A stretch of DNA of 37,445 nt from IMG/VR virus record IMGVR_UViG_3300044453_000274, positions 1-37,445 of that record; one strand, given 5' to 3'. Shown in pieces: positions 27,159-36,004 of the stretch. The first letter of the stretch is position 1; every line of letters begins with the position of its first letter. Below the pieces are notes generated by a model. The model made no database searches and was not told the DNA's origin. It was given only the letters and a program-made list of their open reading frames with translations. This DNA is from a virus (taxonomy: Duplodnaviria > Caudoviricetes). A program made the translations under genes and the position numbers.

Positions 27159-28089
27159 GGCTACCTCCAAAAGTTTCGCCTGTCATTGGCTTTTTCATGT
27201 CATCAGGATCGTCTAGTGCGAATAACTGCGGTGACGCAATAAAGCATTCGAGATCAAGGTCATTATCACCACTGGCAAAATTTTGTTGGTTTAATGCATT
27301 ACCACAATACCTGTTTGTTTCAATTACAAACTCTATGAATTGAAAAGGGTGCGCTGCTTGCGTTGGCTGGAATTGTGTACTCGGCAACTTAATTTGACCA
27401 TTAATACTTCGGTTATACCCGGAGTGATTTCCAAAAATAAGCGTGCCTTTTTTGACATGAATCCATGCTCTGAATAAAAACCTGCCACCTGTAAAAGCCA
27501 AGTTTTTACCCACATTTAAACCTATAGAGGCACTATTTGGGCTAGTCGAACTTTGTCTCGGAATGGTTATTTTACTGATAAATCCTTGTTGTTTTAACCC
27601 GCTCCATTCAGGTGATTTTAAGCCGCCTGAACTCATGATCTGTTTGTGCCTTAGGTGTGCAAAAATTGGTTTTTCAGGTGAGGCCAACCATGGGTCATCA
27701 GTAAAGTTCTCTGGTTGTGATAACTGTGCTTCTTTCACACTCAAATGGTGATAACGTGTGCCAAAAGCGAAATTATCTTGACTCACCACCTTCAACTGAG
27801 CTTCTCCCCTTGGTAAAAATGGGGGGGAATTAGGAATTCTGCGCTCTGCGCCGTCAACGATTTCTGAAACGGTGTTAAAAAGCCAAGGATCCATTAGTAA
27901 ATTGCCACCGACAATTCGGTGTTTGAGTAAATCTTCTGCAAATTCAGTCATTGACTGCTCTGCACCTCGTACTTTTTGGTTTATATCTCCAAGTTTTTCG
28001 GTAATTTCTTGAGTTAACTCATTATTTGAATGAACTAATTGAGCATTGGTTTGTTGTAAATTAACCAAATGTTCTTCAAAGGTTGGCAT
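27151..28089 (-). CDS. Putative receptor-binding protein, module 2
   Basis: N-terminal coiled coil (SNNELTQEITEKLGDINQKV) then GNLLMD; lies between anchor and chaperone. Confidence 0.65.
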   Translation of the reverse strand: MPTFEEHLVNLQQTNAQLVHSNNELTQEITEKLGDINQKVRGAEQSMTEFAEDLLKHRIVGGNLLMDPWLFNTVSEIVDGAERRIPNSPPFLPRGEAQLKVVSQDNFAFGTRYHHLSVKEAQLSQPENFTDDPWLASPEKPIFAHLRHKQIMSSGGLKSPEWSGLKQQGFISKITIPRQSSTSPNSASIGLNVGKNLAFTGGRFLFRAWIHVKKGTLIFGNHSGYNRSINGQIKLPSTQFQPTQAAHPFQFIEFVIETNRYCGNALNQQNFASGDNDLDLECFIASPQLFALDDPDDMKKPMTGETFGGSHA

Positions 28090-28093
28090 TAAA

Positions 28094-28636
28094 TTATACT
28101 CCTAATGATAAAAGTCTATCGTTAAATTGAATTTGTCGGTAATTTGAAGCGATCTGTGCCTGTGCAATTTGTGCACTGGCTAAAGTCATAGCCATGAATT
28201 CTTCACCTAGAAATAGGTTTAATTCGCCATTGCTGTTGATCTCTATGTTGTTTATAGGCACTGCACTAAGCACCAAATCAAACCCTTGGACAATCTGAGC
28301 CATCGGTGTTTGATAAAATAAGACATTAGTTGGGTCTGACCACACAGCAAATAAAGTACCGTCTGATAAATAAAACCCGACTTCTTTCACTGCATATTCA
28401 CTGTCACTGTTAAACTTTCCTGTGAGATGTAATTGTCCGTTACCAAGGTTTTTACCACCTGTCACGACTGTTCTATTCACCTCTGATTTGAGAGCAACTT
28501 GATTTCGTGTTGGTTCATAACCTTGAGTGCCAACAGCAATATGTGAAATGTGTATATTGATATTGCTGGTTTTCGCAGCGACGGCAGCATTTAGTCCTGC
28601 TTGTGTTATTGTGGGTGTATAGTTATTCATCTGCAT
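28094..28636 (-). CDS. Short tail fibre anchor, module 2
   Basis: ITQAGL, ISHIAVG and YAVKEVGFYLSDGTLFAVWS motifs; 180 aa. Confidence 0.82.
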   Translation of the reverse strand: MQMNNYTPTITQAGLNAAVAAKTSNINIHISHIAVGTQGYEPTRNQVALKSEVNRTVVTGGKNLGNGQLHLTGKFNSDSEYAVKEVGFYLSDGTLFAVWSDPTNVLFYQTPMAQIVQGFDLVLSAVPINNIEINSNGELNLFLGEEFMAMTLASAQIAQAQIASNYRQIQFNDRLLSLGV

Positions 28637-29349
28637 ACCATGGTTGAGTGATTAAAAAGGATAAGTGACTGCGCAGCTACTGAGTGTAAATTGGCAATCA
28701 GAAGCTGATTAGGGCCTGCCTTAACCATATTTCTTTGCACACTTGTAGCGTGTGTGGTTGAGCAAACATGCAATGTGTTGGCTGAAAAATCAAAATGAGT
28801 CTGCTGAGATAAATCAACCCTTTGTAAAAGCGCATTGCTTAAAGATGCTCCCGCATAGACGGAGCTGCTTTGCGAATTAGTAATATTAATATGCATTTTT
28901 GTTCGCAATGGCTTAGTAGTAACAATTGCACGCCATAATTGATGCTGTAATTGTGCAGTTAGCTTCGGAGTGTTATCGACGTTGCGATTTTTATCATTTT
29001 CAGCGACGATTTTTGCACTATGTGAGAGACCCTGTGTTTGCCATTCTTCCTCTACTTGCGCTGTGATGTTTAGTGCTTCTATGGCAGACTTTATTGAACT
29101 GATCGTACCTTTAATGCGATGCATCGGTACGCTATCAGCAATCACTTGACGTTTGACTTGCTCTGGCCAATCATTATTCCAACTATCTACACTCAAGCCA
29201 TGCGCAAGCCAAGGTAAAAAAGATTCAGGGCATTGCCATGGGTCCCAAAGATGCTGATTCAAAATTGGGATCTTTTCAATTTTAGCCGCACTTAATGAAA
29301 TCGCATGTTCAAGCTTTGAACTCGATATAGGAAGTAACGGGTCGTCCAT
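28627..29349 (-). CDS. gpI: Tail protein I, module 2
   Basis: LLPISSSKLE, LWDPWQCPESFLPWLA.GLSVDSW and HRIKGT motifs. Confidence 0.92.
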   Translation of the reverse strand: MDDPLLPISSSKLEHAISLSAAKIEKIPILNQHLWDPWQCPESFLPWLAHGLSVDSWNNDWPEQVKRQVIADSVPMHRIKGTISSIKSAIEALNITAQVEEEWQTQGLSHSAKIVAENDKNRNVDNTPKLTAQLQHQLWRAIVTTKPLRTKMHINITNSQSSSVYAGASLSNALLQRVDLSQQTHFDFSANTLHVCSTTHATSVQRNMVKAGPNQLLIANLHSVAAQSLILFNHSTMVCR

Positions 29350-29350
29350 T

Positions 29351-30313
29351 TTAAGCCTCCAAAGCGATTTTTAACTGAGAACAAAATGGTGCTTCTTGAG
29401 GTGCCACTTTTATATCTTTGGTTGGACTGATTAAGTTAACACGCTTAACACCTGCTTGATGTAAAACGGCATATAAACTAGAAAGAGAAATATCATGACC
29501 TAACTTATATTGTGAAGTTAACCAAGTTACACATTGCTGCTCTACCTGAGCAACAATGTCTTGTGCATTCGGTCCATCGTAAAGCGCTAGTGTTGCTTCA
29601 ATTTTGAAGCTATTGATCGCTGCTGGTCTAACATGGACTCGATCTGTAAGAGGTCTGATATCTTCACGATTCAAATGAGTGTCTACCGCATTGATGATTT
29701 CTTGTGTTGCATAACCATCGCCTTGGTCACTTAATACAGTGATTACGACATCTCCTGGTTGAGCATTATCTAAACCCGCTTTATGCGTTGAACGCAATAA
29801 AATAATATCTTCTGGAAGGTGTTTTGATAACTCACTGGGTAAAGTGTATTCCTCAAATTCAGGGGCATCAACAAAGACGTCTTTTACATGCGGTGACGCT
29901 TTCAATGTGTGAAATACATAGGCACCGGCTGGGCCAGCCGTACTAAAACCTTCCAATGCGAGTCCTATTCGAGATCGGTAACGCTCATCACTTTCTTCAG
30001 TGCCCTCTTGACTTAATTCCCTATTGACACCAAAGCGTGCCCCCAAATAATTTAGTTCTTTATTTGTTGCCTTTGCCAAAAGTACATGTTGCGCTCCCTC
30101 ATTGATTCGTTGACGCAGCAGTAATTCTCTATAAGCAAATGTTTCTAACAATTTAATAATAGGCTCACTGGGCAGAACGGTTTCAAAATCTGGATAACGA
30201 GCATGAAATTCTTCGAGAATATTGTTTTTTAAAACATCAAAGCTCAGTGGCTCGATGAGTTCTGGTGAAGGTAATTGGTTGAAATCTATAGCACTAAAAT
30301 TTGTTAAGCTCAT
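29351..30313 (-). CDS. gpJ: Baseplate protein J, module 2
   Basis: IDFNQLPSPELIE, AYRELLLRQRINE, FSTAGPAGAY.FH and IRPLTDRV motifs. Confidence 0.93.
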   Translation of the reverse strand: MSLTNFSAIDFNQLPSPELIEPLSFDVLKNNILEEFHARYPDFETVLPSEPIIKLLETFAYRELLLRQRINEGAQHVLLAKATNKELNYLGARFGVNRELSQEGTEESDERYRSRIGLALEGFSTAGPAGAYVFHTLKASPHVKDVFVDAPEFEEYTLPSELSKHLPEDIILLRSTHKAGLDNAQPGDVVITVLSDQGDGYATQEIINAVDTHLNREDIRPLTDRVHVRPAAINSFKIEATLALYDGPNAQDIVAQVEQQCVTWLTSQYKLGHDISLSSLYAVLHQAGVKRVNLISPTKDIKVAPQEAPFCSQLKIALEA

Positions 30314-30349
30314 AATGTGTGAAACTCATGATTTGTTAAACTAGACACC

Positions 30350-30474
30350 TTACCCATCAGCCCTCTTGTTGAAAGAGTGCGTTTTATTGTCTATGTCTTG
30401 AATTTTGTTATTTACAATCGTATTGAGGTCATTTAGACCTCGATGAGTTTGGCAATATTTTGTTTTTATGCCAT
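30350..30474 (-). pseudogene. Relic of a third MALEQDIA-type receptor-binding gene
   Basis: Minus strand TATGGAGAAAACACC-ATG GCA TAA AAA CAA AAT ATT GCC AAA CTC ATC GAG reads MA*KQNIAKLIE. After a frameshift it reads NDLNTIVNNKIQDIDNK. This matches the leader and N-terminus of the 31799 gene. Confidence 0.85.
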
Positions 30475-30509
30475 GGTGTTTTCTCCATAAATGTAAAAAA
30501 ATCGCATGC

Positions 30510-30532
30510 AAAAAAGCCCGCAAATGCGGGCT
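30510..30532 (-). terminator. Intrinsic terminator
   Basis: Minus strand reads AGCCCGCA-TT-TGCGGGCT followed by a T-tract. Confidence 0.8.
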
Positions 30533-30615
30533 ATGAGAGCAAAAAATATGATTTTTTAAAACGGTAAACCCCTTACAAAATATTAGTTTTACTCATCTGT
30601 TATTTTTAAGCAGGG

Positions 30616-30915
30616 TTATTTTGGAAATTGTGCTTTAACGGCTTCACGCTGTGTTAACCAAGCGGTTTTTGCTGTGTTTGCCTGTGCAGACGAGTCGCCA
30701 AACTCAGCTACGGCTGCCATATAATCAAAGAACAAATAATCGCTTTGTGCGCTGTAGCTTTTTCTGCGTAATTTTTGTACTTCATCGGTATTGAAAATCA
30801 CTTCAAAGTCGTCTGCGGCAACGCCCGCTTCTTCTGCAATATGTGCTCCATGGGCTAAATCTTTAATACCACCAGCAAAGTGAGTTTGCGTAGAGATTTG
30901 TTTTAATATCGCCAT
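30616..30915 (-). CDS. Putative tail fibre assembly chaperone, module 1b
   Basis: RRKSYSAQSDYLFFDY...W...REAVKAQFPK; paralogue of 31953-32264. Confidence 0.72.
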   Translation of the reverse strand: MAILKQISTQTHFAGGIKDLAHGAHIAEEAGVAADDFEVIFNTDEVQKLRRKSYSAQSDYLFFDYMAAVAEFGDSSAQANTAKTAWLTQREAVKAQFPK

Positions 30916-30917
30916 GA

Positions 30918-31799
30918 TTATGCTCCTTCAGCAACAGTTGGACCAACGTGAGAATATGGATGACCCACGCTGTCAGCCCAGATCATGTTATTGCCATGAT
31001 CGCCCATCCCGACATAAGGTAATGCTATCGCTACTTTCATTTTGCCAAGACCGATAAACTTTGGCTGATGGCACCCCCCCCAACCAGCTCTCGTTGCATG
31101 CTTATATTGCCAGCCCTTATGCAGATCAGAGCTATCGACTCTAATTGATGCAGAACGATTTGAAGATGGGTAAAACTTCATATTGCCAGTAACGTCTAGC
31201 ACATTAACCCAACAACTGGCTTGAGTTAAGAATTCACCACGCCCCCAACCTGTAAAAGTAGGACAACCTTGATTGAAAACAAATAGCAAACCATTATTGG
31301 CGTCGTCTTCTCTGCCTTTGGTTATTTCTACGTCGAACACAATCACTTTAAAATCTGTGCCATAGAATGTATTGGATTCTGAGCGGTAATCTCCTAAAGC
31401 CCGCGACTTAAAATCATCATTTGCCGCAAGTCCATATTGTGACAACATCTTTGTGTTGAGTTTAGTGACGGTACTCACCCCTTCTGTGCCTTGATAATAA
31501 AAGCAACTCCAAGGAGCCGCGTGAGACTGTAATACATCCACCGCGGTCCCTTCAGGCTGACCTGCATTTATATGCTCAAAGTGTTTCGTATCTGACAGCA
31601 TATTCGGCCCCAAGGGCAGCGCCTTTTGAAAGGTCGATATTTTTCTTTCAACAGCTTGCTCTTTCGCTGATAATTTAGCGTCTATTTCTTGCTTTTTTTG
31701 TTCTAAATGCGCTGTGATGTTTTGAATTTTATTATCCACAACACTAGTAAGGCTATTAGATGCCTCAATTAAATTGGCAATATCTTGTTCTAATGCCAT
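30918..31799 (-). CDS. Putative receptor-binding protein 1b
   Basis: Start is ATG 31799 (GGAG RBS): MALEQDIANLIEASNSLTSVVDNK, followed by a Trp/Gly-rich domain. Confidence 0.68.
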   Translation of the reverse strand: MALEQDIANLIEASNSLTSVVDNKIQNITAHLEQKKQEIDAKLSAKEQAVERKISTFQKALPLGPNMLSDTKHFEHINAGQPEGTAVDVLQSHAAPWSCFYYQGTEGVSTVTKLNTKMLSQYGLAANDDFKSRALGDYRSESNTFYGTDFKVIVFDVEITKGREDDANNGLLFVFNQGCPTFTGWGRGEFLTQASCWVNVLDVTGNMKFYPSSNRSASIRVDSSDLHKGWQYKHATRAGWGGCHQPKFIGLGKMKVAIALPYVGMGDHGNNMIWADSVGHPYSHVGPTVAEGA

Positions 31800-31898
31800 G
31801 ATGTTTTCTCCATATGATTGTTGATGAGCCAAGCTGTATAAACCGATTGAAATAACATCACGATTAATACGACTGACTTGGACTCGGTGGTTGCGCAT

Positions 31899-31924
31899 AA
31901 AAAAACCCACCAAAAGGTGGGTTT
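31899..31924 (-). terminator. Intrinsic terminator between RBP/chaperone pairs
   Basis: Minus strand reads AAACCCACC-TTTT-GGTGGGTTT followed by TTTT. Confidence 0.8.
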
Positions 31925-31952
31925 AATTGTTGCTCGGTAAAAAGTTAACACT

Positions 31953-32264
31953 TTAAGGCTTTGGGTAATGGGCCTTAATAGAGTTACGTGCTGTTAGCCA
32001 GGCTGCTTTTGCAGCTTCGGCTTGCGTGCTTTGCTCACCAAATTCAGCTTGTGCTGCCAGGTAATCAAACGCTAAACCATCTGATTGCGACTGATAAGCA
32101 AAGCTTCGTGCATGCTGGCACTGCGCTTCTAGTTGCGCGTGTTTTGCTTGGGCAATGAGTCCAGCTACATCAGCTTGTGCTACGCCTAAGTCAAGCAAAG
32201 TTTTTTCTTCTGCAGGAACATTCACCATGTCGTTGCCTGCTACTGTAAGTTTTTCTAAAATCAT
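31953..32264 (-). CDS. Putative tail fibre assembly chaperone, module 1a
   Basis: ARSFAYQSQSDGLAFDY...W...RNSIKAHYPKP motif. Confidence 0.72.
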   Translation of the reverse strand: MILEKLTVAGNDMVNVPAEEKTLLDLGVAQADVAGLIAQAKHAQLEAQCQHARSFAYQSQSDGLAFDYLAAQAEFGEQSTQAEAAKAAWLTARNSIKAHYPKP

Positions 32265-32375
32265 CGTGTTTCCTTTGATTTTGATGTATGGCGTTTTGTG
32301 GTTACCACGTGGTTAGGTTAACCAGTAGCCATTTTTAATAATGTGTATTTCGCTGTGCGGTGTTTAAATATGACC

Positions 32376-33161
32376 CTACGCTGAAGCGGGTGCTGGTGGC
32401 GTATAAGGATGATTCACATAAGGAATGGTATTGGTAATAGGTGCTTTACGCTCAGAAAATGGAATGGGTTCAACAAACCAGCGTACAGTCCAATTACCTT
32501 GAGAGCTGTCATAGGTATTGCGTCGCTCCATATCGCTACCATCATGGAAAGCCACATCCCCTTTCCAATTTTTGGTAATACGATAAGTTAAACCACCTCC
32601 GCGCAAGTACAAGCCACTATATGTGCAATGCCAAGGGCCTAAGGTTCCATCTTCTCCCCCCCCATAAAAGTCTTTATTTGGATCAATCTTCTCAGCCTTA
32701 CATTGAAGACGAAAATCAACATGACTCACCGTATTATTATACCTTTCATGAAAGCGTTTAATATTCATGAAATTCGAATCACCATTCCATGCATATGCAT
32801 TGCCTTCTAACTCAAGCAAAAGTGCAGCCTGATGACCCGACGCTGAATTTAAAGGCTTTGTAGCTGAGTCCCAAGAATAGTGGCGACTCACGGTTAAATT
32901 ACTTACGCCTAATTCATTACCAGGAAAGCGCCACCAAACCGGATATAAATAATCTTTAGAACCACCGATTTTGATGGTTTGCACATACCTTGTTTCGGGG
33001 GTTGCACCTTGTATAAATTGGTCAACTTGTGCTTCTTTTGCTGCAACTCGGCTATCAAGTTGTGCCATTTTTGCATCTATGGTTTTTGCTTTGTTGTCAA
33101 TGACCGATGTGAGCTGGTTGGTTGATTCAACCAAGTTTGCGATATCTTGTTCTAATGCCAT
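32376..33161 (-). CDS. Putative receptor-binding protein 1a
   Basis: MALEQDIANLVESTNQLTSVIDNK, then YLYPVWW and GLYLRGGG motifs like those of phage fibre tips. Confidence 0.7.
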   Translation of the reverse strand: MALEQDIANLVESTNQLTSVIDNKAKTIDAKMAQLDSRVAAKEAQVDQFIQGATPETRYVQTIKIGGSKDYLYPVWWRFPGNELGVSNLTVSRHYSWDSATKPLNSASGHQAALLLELEGNAYAWNGDSNFMNIKRFHERYNNTVSHVDFRLQCKAEKIDPNKDFYGGGEDGTLGPWHCTYSGLYLRGGGLTYRITKNWKGDVAFHDGSDMERRNTYDSSQGNWTVRWFVEPIPFSERKAPITNTIPYVNHPYTPPAPASA

Positions 33162-33173
33162 TATTTACTCCTG

Positions 33174-33701
33174 TTATTTCAAAACACCTGCATCCATCAA
33201 TTCAAACTTTTGCTTGATATGACGGTACATATTGTCAATTTGTGCCGCGCCAAGCTTGGCAAGCTCCGGGGCAATTAAAATATTTAAATTAACACCTTGA
33301 TCAATGACTGTGATTGAGTCTGCTGGTACGCCTGTCAGTACAAGGTCAAACGCCAACAGCAAATCAACTTCTGATGATTTATATGCTATGGGTTTATCAG
33401 GATGTGAATAAACGGCAAATAAAGTACCGTCTTCTAAATAAAAGCCCACTTCGTTGACCCAAAAATTATGATGAGAATCGTCAATGACACTCATGTGAAT
33501 TTGTGCGTTGCCTTTGTCTTCTCCGCTGGCAACTGAAATTCGATGTACCTCAGCATCTAACGCTGAACGGCTTTGGTGTGGTTCATAGTTACCAGTACCT
33601 AGGCCTATTTTGTTAATTTTGGCTTGAAAACCATTCTTTTCAGAATTAAAAACTGCTTCTAAACCCGCAGTTGTTATGGTTGGCCGTAAGATTGTGCTCA
33701 C
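33174..33701 (-). CDS. Short tail fibre anchor, module 1
   Basis: ITTAGL and FWVNEVGFYLEDGTLFAVYS motifs; 175 aa; GTG start with AAGGAG RBS. Confidence 0.82.
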   Translation of the reverse strand: MSTILRPTITTAGLEAVFNSEKNGFQAKINKIGLGTGNYEPHQSRSALDAEVHRISVASGEDKGNAQIHMSVIDDSHHNFWVNEVGFYLEDGTLFAVYSHPDKPIAYKSSEVDLLLAFDLVLTGVPADSITVIDQGVNLNILIAPELAKLGAAQIDNMYRHIKQKFELMDAGVLK

Positions 33702-33918
33702 TGCACATACTCCTTAGGTTGATGTGAAATCAATCAGCCTTGTGTAAGTGACGCCAGCGTTAGTCTGCACGCACTTGCTATCGTCTCTTATCAAAGACTG
33801 CTTGACATAAGAAACAATAGAGTGATGTGTGGGGTTACTTAATATTTGATTACCTCCTTGTTGTCAGTTTGCTGCATTACTCCATGTAACGTCTCTTAAC
33901 TAAGTAAACGCCCTCTCT

Positions 33919-34833
33919 CTATTGAGGTGAATGAAGATAAAAGCGACCTACGCTGAAGCGTCGGTTGCTAAAATGACATGCAGCGGCCAAAGAAGACTGT
34001 AAGTAATGGCAACCTGCTGGTAATTTTTGGTCGTTACTCATATAAAAGCGACCCACACTGTGACGCTGGTTATGTAAATGTAGCCCTGCACCCAGCTCCG
34101 CGGTGAGTTCACCCGACACGGCTTGGGTTTTGCCATAATTGCGTTTAAGCCCATAACGGTGTTGATTCACAACAGTGAGGCCAGCGGTCATTTCTATGGG
34201 CGCGGCTTTCACCGGCACCGTGTTGTAGTTTATTCGTCCAACTTGCAAGCCGCTTGATGTCGCAGCAACCGTCACACCTAGATTTAATTTAGCGCCCACC
34301 AAAAAGTTAAAATGCGCTCTTTGCGGTTTAGTATGATTGGTAACGCGATAAATCGCGTCATATAGCGCTTGACTTAAAACCACTTGTTGGCTGGTATAAG
34401 GCGTTTCATTGGCCCAAGCTATAAACGTAAATGTATTGGGTTGACTTGAGTGATGAGGTGCTAAAGCCACATCATTAACGTCTTCAAACCATTCAAAAAA
34501 GTCAATTTTTACACCCAATGATGCAAGCGCCCTCTTTACTGAGCCCACTGTGCCTTTGTGCTTATGTATGGTGACTGACTCTTGAATTAACGCCCGCTTG
34601 GTTTCGGCCGACCATTGCTCGTCCCACTCATCAACAGACAAGCTCCATGCCAACCAGGGCAAAAGTTGTTCAGGGCACGTTGCTGGATCCCAATGTTTTG
34701 CTACATAATCAGGGATCGTTTTGCTAGGCGAAAAGTGTGATACTTGTTCAATTGATTGTTCTAACGCATTGGCATTCATAGGGAGCAAAGACTGAAACTG
34801 CTCACTTTCATGGCTATTATTGCTGTCTTTCAT
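33919..34833 (-). CDS. gpI: Tail protein I, module 1, with C-terminal repeats
   Basis: LLPMNANALE, WDPATCPEQLLPWLAWSLSVDEWD and HKHKGTVGSVKRAL motifs. Confidence 0.93.
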   Translation of the reverse strand: MKDSNNSHESEQFQSLLPMNANALEQSIEQVSHFSPSKTIPDYVAKHWDPATCPEQLLPWLAWSLSVDEWDEQWSAETKRALIQESVTIHKHKGTVGSVKRALASLGVKIDFFEWFEDVNDVALAPHHSSQPNTFTFIAWANETPYTSQQVVLSQALYDAIYRVTNHTKPQRAHFNFLVGAKLNLGVTVAATSSGLQVGRINYNTVPVKAAPIEMTAGLTVVNQHRYGLKRNYGKTQAVSGELTAELGAGLHLHNQRHSVGRFYMSNDQKLPAGCHYLQSSLAAACHFSNRRFSVGRFYLHSPQ

Positions 34834-34842
34834 CGTATCACC

Positions 34843-35667
34843 TTACATAAATGTGATCGTTGGTGCACTTGCGATAGCTGCTTGGCTTACCTCACAGGTG
34901 ATATCGTCTTGTGGTGATAATAGTTTTACCTTTCTGACACCCGATTGATGTAATGCATCAATTAAGCCTGAATGCGGTACTTCCTGCCCTAATTTGTAGT
35001 GCTGTAAAATAAATTCATTGAGAGAGGTGTTAATCTTTTCACTCACTGCCTGTTTATCGGCCCCGTCATGAAAGTAAATCTGGGCATGAATATCGTATGT
35101 TTTGGGTTGAACCATATGGACTTTAACAAGATCAGTGAGCGGTCTTACATCTTCGTCATTTAAATGTGTGCTCACCACATCAGCCAGTGTTTCACAATCG
35201 GCATTTTTTTCCGGGAGAACGAATACGTCAACCACCCCAGGGGCACTGGATGTGACATACACATCTTTCACACTGGCTGATGAGGCCAATGTTTGATACT
35301 CATAAGCCCCCATAGTCCCTGCCATGCTGTGGCTTTCTAGTGATAAAGGGATACGAGCTCGGTAGCGCTCGTCACTTTCTTTTGCCCCTCTTTCCACACC
35401 AAATAACACGCCTAAATGATTGAGATCTTCGCCTGTTGCATAAGCGACCATGACGGAACGAGCAGCGTCATTGATACGCTGTCGCAGCAATAATTCGCGC
35501 TTAGCAGCAATATCTAACAACTTAATCGCAGGGTCAGATGCGAGTACCGTATAGTTTGGAAAAGACTTTACCAGTGCGTTTTCCATTTGCTGATAAATAT
35601 CATCGTATTTAAGGGGCTCTATCACATCTGGCACCGCCAATCGTGATAATTCAATTGCATTGTTCAA
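34843..35667 (-). CDS. gpJ: Baseplate protein J, module 1
   Basis: RELLLRQRINDAAR, YATGEDL, ESDERYRARI and VRPLTDLV motifs; TTG start with AGGAG RBS. Confidence 0.93.
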   Translation of the reverse strand: MNNAIELSRLAVPDVIEPLKYDDIYQQMENALVKSFPNYTVLASDPAIKLLDIAAKRELLLRQRINDAARSVMVAYATGEDLNHLGVLFGVERGAKESDERYRARIPLSLESHSMAGTMGAYEYQTLASSASVKDVYVTSSAPGVVDVFVLPEKNADCETLADVVSTHLNDEDVRPLTDLVKVHMVQPKTYDIHAQIYFHDGADKQAVSEKINTSLNEFILQHYKLGQEVPHSGLIDALHQSGVRKVKLLSPQDDITCEVSQAAIASAPTITFM

Positions 35668-35755
35668 AGGGGCTACTCCTCATAACACATATGGCTTTGC
35701 TCCATCGTGTATATTTGGCTGAAGTTGGGTGCATGTCGCGACTGCGAAACGGCGT

Positions 35756-36004
35756 TTAGTTTGCTCTGGCTTTACTGCTCAGCAAGGTATCTAGTTTTTT
35801 ATCGATTGAATCAAGGCGCTTTTCAATGCGCTTTTGATCTTCGTTTCTGATCTGTTTTAAATGTGACAGCTCTTGAGTATTTGTGGTGATCCGCTTGTCT
35901 AAATCACTCAAAAATAAAATCCCTGAAACAAGCAATGTCACGGTAGTGATAATATGGGCTAAATTGAGTTCCTTTTTCATTTGCCACTGCTCTGGTTGAC
36001 TCAC
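35756..36004 (-). CDS. Small membrane protein of the lysis cassette (one TM helix plus coiled coil)
   Basis: Hydrophobic IITTVTLLVSGILFL segment followed by a charged heptad tail; overlaps the holin stop. Confidence 0.65.
   Translation of the reverse strand: MSQPEQWQMKKELNLAHIITTVTLLVSGILFLSDLDKRITTNTQELSHLKQIRNEDQKRIEKRLDSIDKKLDTLLSSKARAN

Noticed and set aside
30425-30441. GAGGTC-ATTTA-GACCTC as a fourth dyad operator
   Set aside because: The spacing is one base short, no -10 lies at 22 nt, and it sits within the RBP pseudogene.
10256-35667. Invertase-driven fibre shufflon
   Set aside because: All cassettes are co-oriented with their own starts. No recombinase gene or flanking inverted crossover sites were seen.
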